From a virus: a stretch of DNA of 64,000 nt. Positions 7,982-18,228 of this stretch are shown one piece after another. Under the pieces are notes generated by a model. It saw nothing but the letters and a program-made list of their open reading frames with translations. It made no database searches and was not told where the DNA came from. Positions within the stretch are counted from its first letter, which is position 1. Every line of letters starts with the position of its first letter. The stretch spans positions 1 to 64,000 of the IMG/VR virus record IMGVR_UViG_3300031957_002648. One strand, given 5' to 3'. The position numbers and the translations under genes are program-made.

Positions 7982-10663
7982 TTAAACGGCACTCGTTACA
8001 GTCTCCCAATCTGTTCCATTATAGAATTGAAGTTTATTCAGAGTCGTGTTGTAAATGACAGCACCAGCAATTAGAGCGATACCAGTAATTTCCGCATCTC
8101 TTTCAGTTGTGGTTAGCTTTGGTGGATACATCGCACCATCAGCAACTCTAGAACAGTCAATCGGACCTAAAGGTAGATTGGCATCATTGATGAGTCCATT
8201 GCTAGCTGGATTTGCAAAACTAATTCCCTTAGTGTAATCTATAACAAAATCACTATTTGATAGAAGAGCATTGATTGGATCATCAATTATTGTAATTAGT
8301 GAGTTAATATCATATTGATTTGCACCACTAAAAGTAAATACTGTGGATCCTGCTCCAGTATATTGACTTATAGTTGATACTGATAAGGAATTACGAACCT
8401 CAGCAGTATCAAGTACCGTGAGTTGATTGAACTGAGTAACTCCACTTGTTGTAGTAAAGTTTTGACTATTAGGAACAGTTATGGCTTGATCAAACGTAAC
8501 TGGACTTGTAAATGTACTGGAACCACCAACATTTATTCCACCACCAAGAATTTGAAGTTGATAGAAAGTGCTAATACCAGCAGTAGAATTGATGTAAGAA
8601 TTTCCGTTAGCTACGAATAGACCATCTACTTGAAGTTGTTGGTCTATTCTAACATCTTGCTGTGCGATTAGATTTTGAAATGTAGAAATTCCACCCGATG
8701 CACTTACTTGATGAATTGCAAAGTCACCATTCTCAGGTGTAAATTGACCTCTAACATTTAATTCATTGAAGGTTGTAATTCCAGTAGTTGTGTTATGATT
8801 GAAGTCGTTGAGTTGATCAATATTGAGACTGTTTGTAATCTCGACATTAAAGAATGTTGAAATGCCACTGGATTGGAATGTTGGACTGTTATCGGGTATC
8901 TTAATAAATGTCGGGTAGACATTATTAACTGTTAAATCGCCATTAACATCAAGATCATAGAATGTTGCAATACCAGCGGTTGCATTTGCAAATAATTCTC
9001 CTTTACCAAATATAGTTCCATCAATTACAACATCACCAAGAATGTATAAATCATCGGTTACATCAAATCTAAAAGCTGTAGAGACGCCAGCAGTAGAGTT
9101 AAACGTAACTCCTCCACCTATATTAACATCTCCTGAAATATCTACGCTTTGAGTAACATTTAATCTACCACTAACATCTAGATCAAATGCAGTAGAAATG
9201 CCAGATACTGTATTATATCTAACTCCACCTAGAATCTCAAGATCGCCACCAGTGATTGCAGCTGCACCATTTACAATTAGATCATTTCTAATGATTGTGC
9301 TTCCATTTACATCTAGTTTGGCAGTAGGAGCGGATATACCAATACCAATTTGGCCAGTATTATCAACGGCAAGCCATTCAACTGCTGGATTGCCTCTTCG
9401 TAGGAAGAATCCACCATTGCCCGTATCATTTTTATTGACATGAAGAATGATATCACTATCACCTTGGTTCGCTATTTCTAATGCTCCAGTATCATATGTT
9501 AGATTTGCTCTATCAACACCAGCAGCCTTACTATTTCCAAAATAGATTGCAGCAGAACCACTATCAGCAAGTAGTTCAATATCTGCATCGGATGCAGCTC
9601 TTACATTTAATGATGTGCTTGGATCTGCACTACCAATACCAATTAAAGGATCATCATTAGAACCACCAACTTTGAGGATTCTATCTCCTACGATTACAGG
9701 ATATGGTTGAGAACCAACAGTGTCAGTTACAGTCAGAATACCAGTAGAAACATACTCTGTTGAATTTGTTCTTGCAACTGTCATTGCAATGCCAAGTTCG
9801 GCATTGTTTGCACTTACCAAACCAACACGAATGTCAGGTATTCCAGTGAGTCCTCTTGCAGTTGATGCTGTTGCAGTAAGAGTATCTACAACTACTACAT
9901 CAAAGAATGTAGATATACCTGCCTCTACAAATACGTTTGAGAATACAAATGGTTGTTGATCTCCTGGTGTTGGGCTAATACTACCAATGAATCCACCAAG
10001 AGCAGTGAGAACACCTGTAATTTGTAGATTTTGTTCTAGTTTTGTATCTGGAATTGTGGGAATCTTTGATAACTCAAGGACTGGAATCCGAGCATTATCA
10101 ACAGTACCAAATGACAAATTAGTTGCATTTAGACTTGTGAGAAATTGTCCACTACCATTGTATGATGATGCAGTTACAACGCCAGTAAGAATAATATCAC
10201 CATAGTTAATACCTACACCACGATCAGTAGGTCCACCACCCTCAGCATAATCCCCTACCTGAAGTTCATACTGAGGTGAGGTGGTTGCGATACCAACATT
10301 TCCGCCATTGTATACACTAGAAACGCCAATACCAGTATCTACATCAACCCATTGGGATGTTGGAATGTTAGTTAGTAAGTTACCATCACCAACGAAAGTA
10401 ACAACTCCGCTTGTGGCTTGAACAACACCATCCTCGAACCTAAAAGTTCCAACATCTAGTCTATCACTAAATGTACTAGCAGCACTGATGAATACATTAT
10501 TAGATGCAGTAATAACTCCAGAGAAGGAAGAGTTATTTCTAACATCAAAGAACTCTGATGGAAGGGAAGTTCCAATTCCCACCAGAGAACCATTTACTAC
10601 AAATGTAGTTTCATCAACTTGTACACCTTCTCGGAAGTTGAATACCTTTCTGATATTAGCCAT
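7982..10663 (-). CDS. virion structural / tail-fibre-like protein
   Basis: 893 aa; VGIGT..P...LDV repeats, GISTF repeats, C-terminal YNTTLNKLQFYNG motif; late promoter ATAAATA upstream. Confidence 0.8.
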   Translation of the reverse strand: MANIRKVFNFREGVQVDETTFVVNGSLVGIGTSLPSEFFDVRNNSSFSGVITASNNVFISAASTFSDRLDVGTFRFEDGVVQATSGVVTFVGDGNLLTNIPTSQWVDVDTGIGVSSVYNGGNVGIATTSPQYELQVGDYAEGGGPTDRGVGINYGDIILTGVVTASSYNGSGQFLTSLNATNLSFGTVDNARIPVLELSKIPTIPDTKLEQNLQITGVLTALGGFIGSISPTPGDQQPFVFSNVFVEAGISTFFDVVVVDTLTATASTARGLTGIPDIRVGLVSANNAELGIAMTVARTNSTEYVSTGILTVTDTVGSQPYPVIVGDRILKVGGSNDDPLIGIGSADPSTSLNVRAASDADIELLADSGSAAIYFGNSKAAGVDRANLTYDTGALEIANQGDSDIILHVNKNDTGNGGFFLRRGNPAVEWLAVDNTGQIGIGISAPTAKLDVNGSTIIRNDLIVNGAAAITGGDLEILGGVRYNTVSGISTAFDLDVSGRLNVTQSVDISGDVNIGGGVTFNSTAGVSTAFRFDVTDDLYILGDVVIDGTIFGKGELFANATAGIATFYDLDVNGDLTVNNVYPTFIKIPDNSPTFQSSGISTFFNVEITNSLNIDQLNDFNHNTTTGITTFNELNVRGQFTPENGDFAIHQVSASGGISTFQNLIAQQDVRIDQQLQVDGLFVANGNSYINSTAGISTFYQLQILGGGINVGGSSTFTSPVTFDQAITVPNSQNFTTTSGVTQFNQLTVLDTAEVRNSLSVSTISQYTGAGSTVFTFSGANQYDINSLITIIDDPINALLSNSDFVIDYTKGISFANPASNGLINDANLPLGPIDCSRVADGAMYPPKLTTTERDAEITGIALIAGAVIYNTTLNKLQFYNGTDWETVTSAV

Positions 10664-10693
10664 TAACGTAGGTAGGGCGTTTAGATGTATTTA

Positions 10694-13600
10694 TTACTTA
10701 CACCGAATGACGTAGTAAATTCCATAATAAGGAGGTAGATTTCTGTTTGTTCCAGAACTACCAGTTGGTGCAGCAGTGGCGTTGTGATTATGACCCCCAT
10801 TCTGACTCATCGTATGGTTGTGATTAGCCTGGGTTGGGATGTCATGGATATGTGAACCAGCATTTTGAGTAGTATGAGTGTGCGTTCCACCAGCATTTGT
10901 TTGGTGAACGTGAGCACCCTGCGTCCCAGCAGTGGCACCCCCATGATCATGACTACCAGAGGCATTTGTTGCGTGAGTGTGAGTACCATTCGCTCCCGTT
11001 GCGGCACCATGGGAGTGACCACCACCCGGATTGGTATTGTGGGCATGTTGTGTTGACTGGTTTATGTTGTGAGCATGGCCACCAGCGGCCCCTGTGGCAA
11101 TATTCTGACGGGCGTTGCCAGAAGCGTTGCCGCCTCTATTACCATACTCTACACTGTTGCTTCTGCGAGTATAGTTGTGTGAATGAGATCCACCAGATAC
11201 CGCAGTATGGCCATGAGTACCGCCCTGAGCAGTGGCACCATGGGCATGGGCAGGTTGTGTGTTAATAGTATGTGTATGGTTGGCAACAGGATCTACTTGA
11301 GCATGATCGTGATTAACTTCTATATCGATAGTGTGTCCGTGAGCTCCCTGAGAATCTGTATTTCCATGGTCATGGTTGCCAATAGGATCAACAGTATGTA
11401 AGTGAGTGCCTGCTGCTACAGTTTCGCCCCCATGAGCATGAGAACCAGCAGCATTATTGGTGTGATTGTGATTCGCTACAGCAGTATTTGTTATCGTATG
11501 TGTATGAGTCACTGTAATTGCATCAGCAAATCCACCAGTTCCACCAGTTGTGTATGCCAAACCAGCTGCAACAGGGAACCTATCAATGAGGTTTGGAATT
11601 ACAAATGTTGATCCAGATGGATTCGGTCCATATGGGAATACTGTTCCACCAGATGTTAGCGCATCATATAGTTCTGGGAATTCCGCTTGATTGAGAGTCT
11701 GACCATCACAAACTCTGTAATATGTGGTAAGTCCAGTAATTGTTCCCGCCCACATTTGAATAGATCCAATCGGGGGAATGTTGGGAACATTCAGGAACTG
11801 TGCAGATAGTGTTCCAACAACATCAAGATCGCCATAATTTCTAGTTAAATTGGTGCTAGATCTTAGAGATAGGTCATTTGTAGTGGATTCAATTTCATTT
11901 GTTGATGTACCTGCACCAACTTCAATATCACCTAGTTTTGCACCAGCTTGACCCTCAATTATTCCCTGGAATGTAGAAACGCCAAGTACATTAAGTGATC
12001 CACTAATATCGAGAGATCCAGAAGCATTAAGGCTTCCAGTAACTTCTAAGTTTGCGTCAATCTTGGTATTACCATTGATGTTCATCACATTGTTGACGGT
12101 CAATGGGCCATCAAATTGTGATAGTAGTGTCTTGGATGCGCCACCTTCGACAACTAGTCTCTCTTTGATGATTACTTCATCAAAGATAACACTTAAAACT
12201 GAAGGATCTTCACCACGAACTGTGGGGATAGGAGCATTGAATGTAGATTCTTCACCAGTGGAAGGATTGATAATCTTGTTACCAATGAAGAAGTCACCAT
12301 CGTTGTTCATTGCAGTATAAACTACAATACCACCACCTCTTTGTTGGGATTGTGTTAGGAACTCCTCTTTAGGTGTAAGTGTGATATTCTGAACTTGAGG
12401 CAATCCAGTTGAGTAGTTACCAGGACCATAACCTAGATATTCAAATGTATGGCCAGATGCACGAAGAATAGATGGTCTACGAAGTTCTGTGCCATAGATA
12501 TTGATCTTACGAATCTGAGTTCCATTTTTGTGTGGTTTAGTATCAGATCCAAGATAACCACGAATTACACCAATTTCATCATTTGCAGGACCAAGTAGAG
12601 TCTTGGTCGTGATTCTCATAATCTCACCATCTACATCAATATAATCTCCTAAAGAGAATCTCTCAGCAGTTCCAATGCCAGAATTGGGTAGACTAATCTT
12701 AAATTGATTATCTGCCTCACCATCACCAATGTCCTCAACTAGGAGTGCAGATTCATTTGCAAAGAAGTTAAATCCGCGAGATCCTAGATTCTCACCCTCA
12801 ACAGTAATTGTTCCACCTTTTGCATCATATGCTGTAGGTACAACATAGTTTGGATTTGTTTGTAGATCAATAGTTGTACGAGCTGTAAGAGTTAGAATAC
12901 CAACCCTTTCCAACACGTTGAATTGTCCAACATTATTATTATTTGTATCCAAAATCTGGAAACTATTTCCAGAAATTAAACCATGAGCATCATTTGTAGT
13001 AATAGTAGCCACACCAGTGAGATTTCCACTATCTGATGTGAAGACAATCGTATTGATTCCGATTGATCTACCAACATTTACCATGTATTGGCCTAATACA
13101 GGCAATGGATCTCCACCAGTGTATGCAAATGACACCTCAGTAGTAGAGGGAATTGCAGAAATTCTATATGAACCGTCAGATGTAGATCCAATACCAGTAA
13201 GTTGAATAGAGTTACCGATAGCGGTAGAAATACCAGATGTGTTGATGGTGATTTCTGCACCAGTAAATCCAGATAGATCTAGAATCTCTCCATTAGTGTA
13301 TGCACTACCAGGAGCTTGAACTTCAACACTTTCTACAGCACCGCCAGAACCAACAATAACTTTGGCTGTTGCGCCATCATGAGTTGATGTTCCATCATTT
13401 AGAAGTTTGACATTATAGTATTCACCTTCAGTAAATCCACTTCCCGCAGTTAAAGAAGTATAAGTTGAAATACCAGAAAGATTGTGTGGTCTATCAAGAG
13501 TTATTGTAGCAATACCAACTACACTATTAGTTTCAATTTGAATGATTGTTCGGCCAATACCAATAGTTCTATAGACGGTATCAATGCTTTCTCTTGTAAT

Positions 13601-16600
13601 GCTATTTTCAGGATCATCAACTACTACATCTCCAATAGGATCTCTCTTAGCATATGATTTTGCTGCATTTGGATTGGTGTTTGGATTATCTCTATCCAAT
13701 TGAGGATAGAAATTCTCAATTCTAGGTAGATATCCAAGTTGAGTAAACTCTTCTTCAATGTAATTATCAGCGGTTAAGATATTGAAGTGATAGACACCAT
13801 CAGAGATGTTTGGGATGTGTTCTTGAATAACCTCAGAACGATAGATGGTAGCATTGATCTGGTTGTTTACTCTCTGATAGCGAGCATTGAGAGAATCTCT
13901 AGTATCGACATCAGTATTAAAATCGCCAGGCAATCTAGAATCACCATCAATATCTGTAGTGTTATATTGAAACTCTAGTTCATTGTTTACTGTAGTTACA
14001 ACAAAATCTCCATTATATCCACTTTTTGCTATTCCAGCTAAGTTTGTTGTACTCTTGGCATCAACAATTTTTACAGTATCACCAACTCTAATGTTGTGAG
14101 GAAGTTCAGTCTGTACAGTTACTACACTACCAGCAGCTGTACAGGTTGCAATGTATCTGGGATTGCGTTGGAAATCGTAATCATCTAGATCAATGGTTGT
14201 GATTGTAAAGTCTTGATCATTTCTAAGATTAGTTGTATTACTATCCTGCAAAACAAAGTTTTCTACAGGGTTTCTTCCAAGAGTTGCCTCTTTAGGAACA
14301 AAATATCTAAGTTTATAAATTTTATCACCAAGACTTCTATTGTCTGGATTTCTACGAATATAAGATTCATTAGTTTGATCACCAAGACCAGCAACACCCT
14401 GACCAGCTGCTAATAAACCATTGTAGATAGCATTGTTTGCTTCAACGTGAATAAACCAGTTGTTGTGATTTGGATCATATAAAATTGGACAACCAATCTC
14501 GTTCTGATCATGATCAGATACTCTACTCTCTACTCGTAAGTCTGTACCACCATATACCGTAATAGAAACACCCTTCAAAGCATCAGATAGAGTAGATGCT
14601 ACCTTAAATTCACTATTACTTACTTTAATACAATAATAAATTGTTTCTGGCTCTAGATTTTCAGGAAGATCGCCATCTGCGGATATAATACGAATCTTTT
14701 CACCGGTAACTAAATTGTGATTAAATCCGGTGTTAAACTCACTAGCAGCACTGAGACTCGTAATCTTTGTAATTCTTTCCTTAGACCCTGTTCCCGTAGC
14801 AACTGTGCTGGATGTAGATACTAAAGCATCACTAATTAAAATACTTGCTTGATATGTTGTGGTATTGGATCTATCACCGACATTGCTAAGATCAACAAAT
14901 AATTGGTCATTTTGTTTAGCACCAATTCTATAACCCTGAACAATATTTTGTGGTGGATTATCAGCATCTTTGAACCCAAAGAGATATAGATGACTAGAAA
15001 CACCAACGGCCGTTGTCAAGCCAACATCAAGAGTTACAAGGTCAATCTTTCTACTAACAGATCTATCGATCTCTTGTGGAGCAATAATAGAAGTTACATA
15101 TCCTTGATCATCTTTTGCAAATGCCTCAGCTTTAAATCCACTAGAGATAAGTGCAATCTGACCAAAGTTTGAGTTGGAGTTGGTAATAGATGCGTCACCA
15201 CCAGTCTCACATAAGAAGTGAGCATTGAAACCAATAGCGAACACAGACACCACCTGAATGATGGAATCATTACTCATTTTAATATGAGCAGTTTCCCATC
15301 CAGTTCTATAAATTGCTGTGCTATCTAAGTGATAAACCGTATTCGTATTTGTAGAACTTGATCCAGAAGAAAGTTCAGCACCTGTTACTTTGGCAATGGG
15401 AATACCATCATAAGTTCTAGATACAGGGTTATATTTAACAAATGCACGGTCATCCTTTTGTAGAGATACAGCAGTGTACTGTGCAACAACCATTGAACGG
15501 AAACCGGTGGATTTTTTACCATCGGCAAGCATACCATTCATTCCATATACGCTTCTCAGAGAGCAGTTGAAAACGTATGGAGATGCACCAGTAACTGTAT
15601 CAGTCTCGATAGTTACATTTGCGCCAGAGACGATTGCAGTGGCAACTAGGGTTGGGCTTACAAATGGTAACAGATATGTAAACTGATCAGTCGCAGGTAC
15701 TGATCTTACAAATGTGGAGATGTTGTAATCGCTGGGAGATGCTCCGCGAATCTTTACAGGAGTACCTACAGTAAGCCCGTGTGGACCTTGTGTTCTGACA
15801 GTAACTAACTGAGTTGCTACAGCACCATCACCAGAAATAATGCTTTCAATTTTAACTGGGTCAGAAGCAAATGCACCTACAATTTCATATTCAATTCTAG
15901 ATTTAGAGAATCCTTGTGATTGTCCAGGGAATTTCTGGTCAATATTTCTACCCGAAGATTCATTAAAAGCATTAGATAGTTTACTATAGTACATGTCAAG
16001 GTCAGATAGACCTGTTTCTTGTACTACAGTTATTCCATCAGCAAACTCAAATCCAGTAAGTTTATGGTGAGAGAATGTAGGAACTGATTGATTTGTTGCA
16101 GAGAAGTCTTGGTTGTCAGTATATACTCTTCTTTCTTGTGGACCGTCAAAGAGAGTAAAGTCTCTAAAGTAACAAGTACCAGTTAAACGAATCAGAGCTG
16201 ACTTGGGTACATCAGGGTCAGTTGGGTTGGGAACATATAGCGGCCGAATCTTTGTCTTTCTTAAATCTAGACCAACAATTGATGTGCCTCTTGGAAGAAT
16301 ACATCCACCATTTACGCTGTTAAACTTGTACAGCATATTGTCTTCGACATCCAAATCGAAGACAGATTCTAAAGATAGAGTGAGAGTAGATTGTGCTAAA
16401 GTCTCTACACCCGAAGGAGAAATGGCTCTTGCAATTCCCAAACTATCCTTAATTTTGAAACCAGGACGGTTATCAATTAAGTGTTCTCCAGGAAACAACA
16501 GAATAGTAGTTCTATCAAATAGATCATTATCGTTTCCCCTTACATAAGAGAAACGAGCTGATTCTATTAAAGCCCTCTGAATAGTCTTAAAGGGTTGAGA

Positions 16601-16714
16601 TAATGAATTACCCTGGTTATCAATGCTATCGGTTGCGCCAATATCGTTAGGGTTAACGTAAAGAATCTTACCCTCAGTGTTCTTGATAAAATTCTGTAGC
16701 TTACTAAGAGGCAT
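10694..16714 (-). CDS. large tail-fibre protein: N-terminal beta-helix, C-terminal collar domain and His-x-His needle
   Basis: MPLSKL...ILYVNP cyanophage N-terminus; collar PIGSI..W.G...CDGQ...PEL...PNL; 21 HxH motifs; NLPPYY end. Confidence 0.85.
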   Translation of the reverse strand: MPLSKLQNFIKNTEGKILYVNPNDIGATDSIDNQGNSLSQPFKTIQRALIESARFSYVRGNDNDLFDRTTILLFPGEHLIDNRPGFKIKDSLGIARAISPSGVETLAQSTLTLSLESVFDLDVEDNMLYKFNSVNGGCILPRGTSIVGLDLRKTKIRPLYVPNPTDPDVPKSALIRLTGTCYFRDFTLFDGPQERRVYTDNQDFSATNQSVPTFSHHKLTGFEFADGITVVQETGLSDLDMYYSKLSNAFNESSGRNIDQKFPGQSQGFSKSRIEYEIVGAFASDPVKIESIISGDGAVATQLVTVRTQGPHGLTVGTPVKIRGASPSDYNISTFVRSVPATDQFTYLLPFVSPTLVATAIVSGANVTIETDTVTGASPYVFNCSLRSVYGMNGMLADGKKSTGFRSMVVAQYTAVSLQKDDRAFVKYNPVSRTYDGIPIAKVTGAELSSGSSSTNTNTVYHLDSTAIYRTGWETAHIKMSNDSIIQVVSVFAIGFNAHFLCETGGDASITNSNSNFGQIALISSGFKAEAFAKDDQGYVTSIIAPQEIDRSVSRKIDLVTLDVGLTTAVGVSSHLYLFGFKDADNPPQNIVQGYRIGAKQNDQLFVDLSNVGDRSNTTTYQASILISDALVSTSSTVATGTGSKERITKITSLSAASEFNTGFNHNLVTGEKIRIISADGDLPENLEPETIYYCIKVSNSEFKVASTLSDALKGVSITVYGGTDLRVESRVSDHDQNEIGCPILYDPNHNNWFIHVEANNAIYNGLLAAGQGVAGLGDQTNESYIRRNPDNRSLGDKIYKLRYFVPKEATLGRNPVENFVLQDSNTTNLRNDQDFTITTIDLDDYDFQRNPRYIATCTAAGSVVTVQTELPHNIRVGDTVKIVDAKSTTNLAGIAKSGYNGDFVVTTVNNELEFQYNTTDIDGDSRLPGDFNTDVDTRDSLNARYQRVNNQINATIYRSEVIQEHIPNISDGVYHFNILTADNYIEEEFTQLGYLPRIENFYPQLDRDNPNTNPNAAKSYAKRDPIGDVVVDDPENSITRESIDTVYRTIGIGRTIIQIETNSVVGIATITLDRPHNLSGISTYTSLTAGSGFTEGEYYNVKLLNDGTSTHDGATAKVIVGSGGAVESVEVQAPGSAYTNGEILDLSGFTGAEITINTSGISTAIGNSIQLTGIGSTSDGSYRISAIPSTTEVSFAYTGGDPLPVLGQYMVNVGRSIGINTIVFTSDSGNLTGVATITTNDAHGLISGNSFQILDTNNNNVGQFNVLERVGILTLTARTTIDLQTNPNYVVPTAYDAKGGTITVEGENLGSRGFNFFANESALLVEDIGDGEADNQFKISLPNSGIGTAERFSLGDYIDVDGEIMRITTKTLLGPANDEIGVIRGYLGSDTKPHKNGTQIRKINIYGTELRRPSILRASGHTFEYLGYGPGNYSTGLPQVQNITLTPKEEFLTQSQQRGGGIVVYTAMNNDGDFFIGNKIINPSTGEESTFNAPIPTVRGEDPSVLSVIFDEVIIKERLVVEGGASKTLLSQFDGPLTVNNVMNINGNTKIDANLEVTGSLNASGSLDISGSLNVLGVSTFQGIIEGQAGAKLGDIEVGAGTSTNEIESTTNDLSLRSSTNLTRNYGDLDVVGTLSAQFLNVPNIPPIGSIQMWAGTITGLTTYYRVCDGQTLNQAEFPELYDALTSGGTVFPYGPNPSGSTFVIPNLIDRFPVAAGLAYTTGGTGGFADAITVTHTHTITNTAVANHNHTNNAAGSHAHGGETVAAGTHLHTVDPIGNHDHGNTDSQGAHGHTIDIEVNHDHAQVDPVANHTHTINTQPAHAHGATAQGGTHGHTAVSGGSHSHNYTRRSNSVEYGNRGGNASGNARQNIATGAAGGHAHNINQSTQHAHNTNPGGGHSHGAATGANGTHTHATNASGSHDHGGATAGTQGAHVHQTNAGGTHTHTTQNAGSHIHDIPTQANHNHTMSQNGGHNHNATAAPTGSSGTNRNLPPYYGIYYVIRCK

Positions 16715-16745
16715 GGATATAAGATGGCAGACTTGCTTTATGTTG

Positions 16746-16752
16746 TATTTAG
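16746..16752 (-). promoter_or_regulatory. T4-type late promoter
   Basis: CTAAATA about 30 nt upstream of the 2006-aa gene. Confidence 0.65.
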
Positions 16753-16782
16753 CAAGTCTTATCTATAAAGCCACTCATTGGA

Positions 16783-16867
16783 TGCGAGTAGGGAGACTTG
16801 AACTCCCACGACCGTAATGGTCAACAGATTTTAAGTCTGGTGCGTCTACCGATTCCGCCATACTCGC
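16783..16867 (-). tRNA. tRNA-Leu(TAA)
   Basis: GCGAGTA/TACTCGC acceptor stem, CTTAAAA anticodon loop, long variable arm, GTTCAA T-loop. Confidence 0.95.
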
Positions 16868-16868
16868 A

Positions 16869-17045
16869 AGGCATTACACTTATCCGAATGCTTGCTATGG
16901 GGCAATTAAACCCAACATTCTGATAGTTTGTAATGGAGTAGGACAGGGGTCCACCCTGAACATCCAAAGGGGGCTGATTCCCAACTACAGGGTTTCGGTA
17001 TATCCGAACCGCTGGGCACCTTTGGTTGGAACGTCTCAAGTTCCT
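16869..17045 (-). ncRNA. structured RNA between tRNAs, probably the manA RNA motif
   Basis: Helices CCAAAGG/CCTTTGG, TTCGG/CCGAA, CAGGG/CCCTG, GAATGTT/AGCATTC, CATTACA/TGTAATG; size and tRNA-adjacent cyanophage context fit manA. Confidence 0.6.
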
Positions 17046-17047
17046 TA

Positions 17048-17120
17048 TGCTTCCTGAGAGGATCGAACTCTCCTTAGGCGAATTATGAGTTCGCTGCATT
17101 CACCAGATTGCTAAGGAAGC
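17048..17120 (-). tRNA. tRNA-Met(CAT), elongator type (Ile2 not excluded)
   Basis: GCTTCCT/AGGAAGC acceptor, GCGAA-CTCATAA-TTCGC anticodon arm; lacks initiator features. Confidence 0.9.
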
Positions 17121-17123
17121 AAA

Positions 17124-17195
17124 TGGTTCTGCCGAGAATTGAACTCGGTTCACACGCTTATAAGGCATGGGCTTTAACCAATAAGCAACAGAACC
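17124..17195 (-). tRNA. tRNA-Ile(TAT)
   Basis: GGTTCTG/CAGAACC acceptor, CATGC-CTTATAA-GCGTG anticodon arm, CCGAG-TTCAATT-CTCGG T-arm. Confidence 0.9.
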
Positions 17196-17202
17196 ATCAA
17201 AC

Positions 17203-17397
17203 TCACCAATCAGTTGTGAGAGCAATCTCCGCCCATTCAACATCTGCACCGCAGGCATAACAATAATTTAGAACTCGTTGAAATTGTTCTCCGTTTTCAC
17301 ACTCTAGAGCCCTTTCGGATCCTTCTTCACCGACCAAAAGAAAACTGAGAGTACAAATGTCTGCCACAACGCCCAGAAGAGTTTCGTTGGTGTTCAT
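17203..17397 (-). CDS. conserved cyanophage hypothetical protein
   Basis: 64-aa ORF between the promoter and the tRNA cluster. Confidence 0.7.
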   Translation of the reverse strand: MNTNETLLGVVADICTLSFLLVGEEGSERALECENGEQFQRVLNYCYACGADVEWAEIALTTDW

Positions 17398-17419
17398 AGT
17401 CTTGGTTGATTACAGGCCT

Positions 17420-17448
17420 AGTATAGCACCACCGGGCCCCCGTGTCAA
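17420..17448 (-). promoter_or_regulatory. sigma70-type promoter for the small ORF/tRNA transcript
   Basis: TTGACA-N17-TATACT with extended -10 TG. Confidence 0.75.
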
Positions 17449-18227
17449 GCCCCTTGCTGGAACGTTCTTACTTGTGCCAAACGAGTCTCTGTTTCCTTCT
17501 TTCCAAAGGTGAGAGTCCATCTCTCCTTCAACAACTCTTCTCTTTCTGCTTTAATTGCATCGGATCTCGATTTAGCAGAAGATCTTATTGGATTACTTCC
17601 TTCAGTAGCTAAATCTGCAAGAGCTTGTGTCTGTTGATTGTACAGATTGATACAGTTTCCACAAGAAATTAGTGGTTCTACATTTTGTAAACGATAGTAT
17701 TCAACTTGATCTCCATCTGCAATAAATGTATCCTGTCCGTCTCCTAGATTTCCAGACTGAATGGTTGTGGGACTTGCTGCACTTACAATGTTTATACTCC
17801 CAACGTCTTTTAATGGTTCAGTTCCACCATATGTTCCACTGTTTAAATTCTTTTTATCGGCTTGACAGACATCATAGTTCACAAATTGTGTTGTTCCAAT
17901 GCTAACAGTCGTAACACCAACAAAACTACATCCACAAGAAATACCATCATCTGATGCGGACTTAATTATATTAATGTATTGATTGTATGCAACTACAGAC
18001 TCTGCCATTTGTCTGTCTGTCGGAGCTGCTCTAACTACTAATTCTTTTTGTATAGGATCAATATTTTTGATCTGATCTTGAAGAAATTCAATATCTCTTT
18101 CATAACCCTCAGATTTTCCAATATAATAGTCTTTTAGGCTTGCATTCTTCTGATAACTTCCACCAACTGGTGAGATAATGTCCTCGATATTATCTACAAA
18201 ATCAATAGGAAATGTTGAAATTGGCAT
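17445..18227 (-). CDS. putative virion protein
   Basis: 260-aa ORF at the end of the gp5 operon. Confidence 0.7.
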   Translation of the reverse strand: MPISTFPIDFVDNIEDIISPVGGSYQKNASLKDYYIGKSEGYERDIEFLQDQIKNIDPIQKELVVRAAPTDRQMAESVVAYNQYINIIKSASDDGISCGCSFVGVTTVSIGTTQFVNYDVCQADKKNLNSGTYGGTEPLKDVGSINIVSAASPTTIQSGNLGDGQDTFIADGDQVEYYRLQNVEPLISCGNCINLYNQQTQALADLATEGSNPIRSSAKSRSDAIKAEREELLKERWTLTFGKKETETRLAQVRTFQQGA

Positions 18228-18228
18228 G

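Noticed and set aside
16821-17099. 92-aa ORF in the ORF track
   Set aside because: It overlaps two tRNA genes and the structured RNA; almost certainly spurious.
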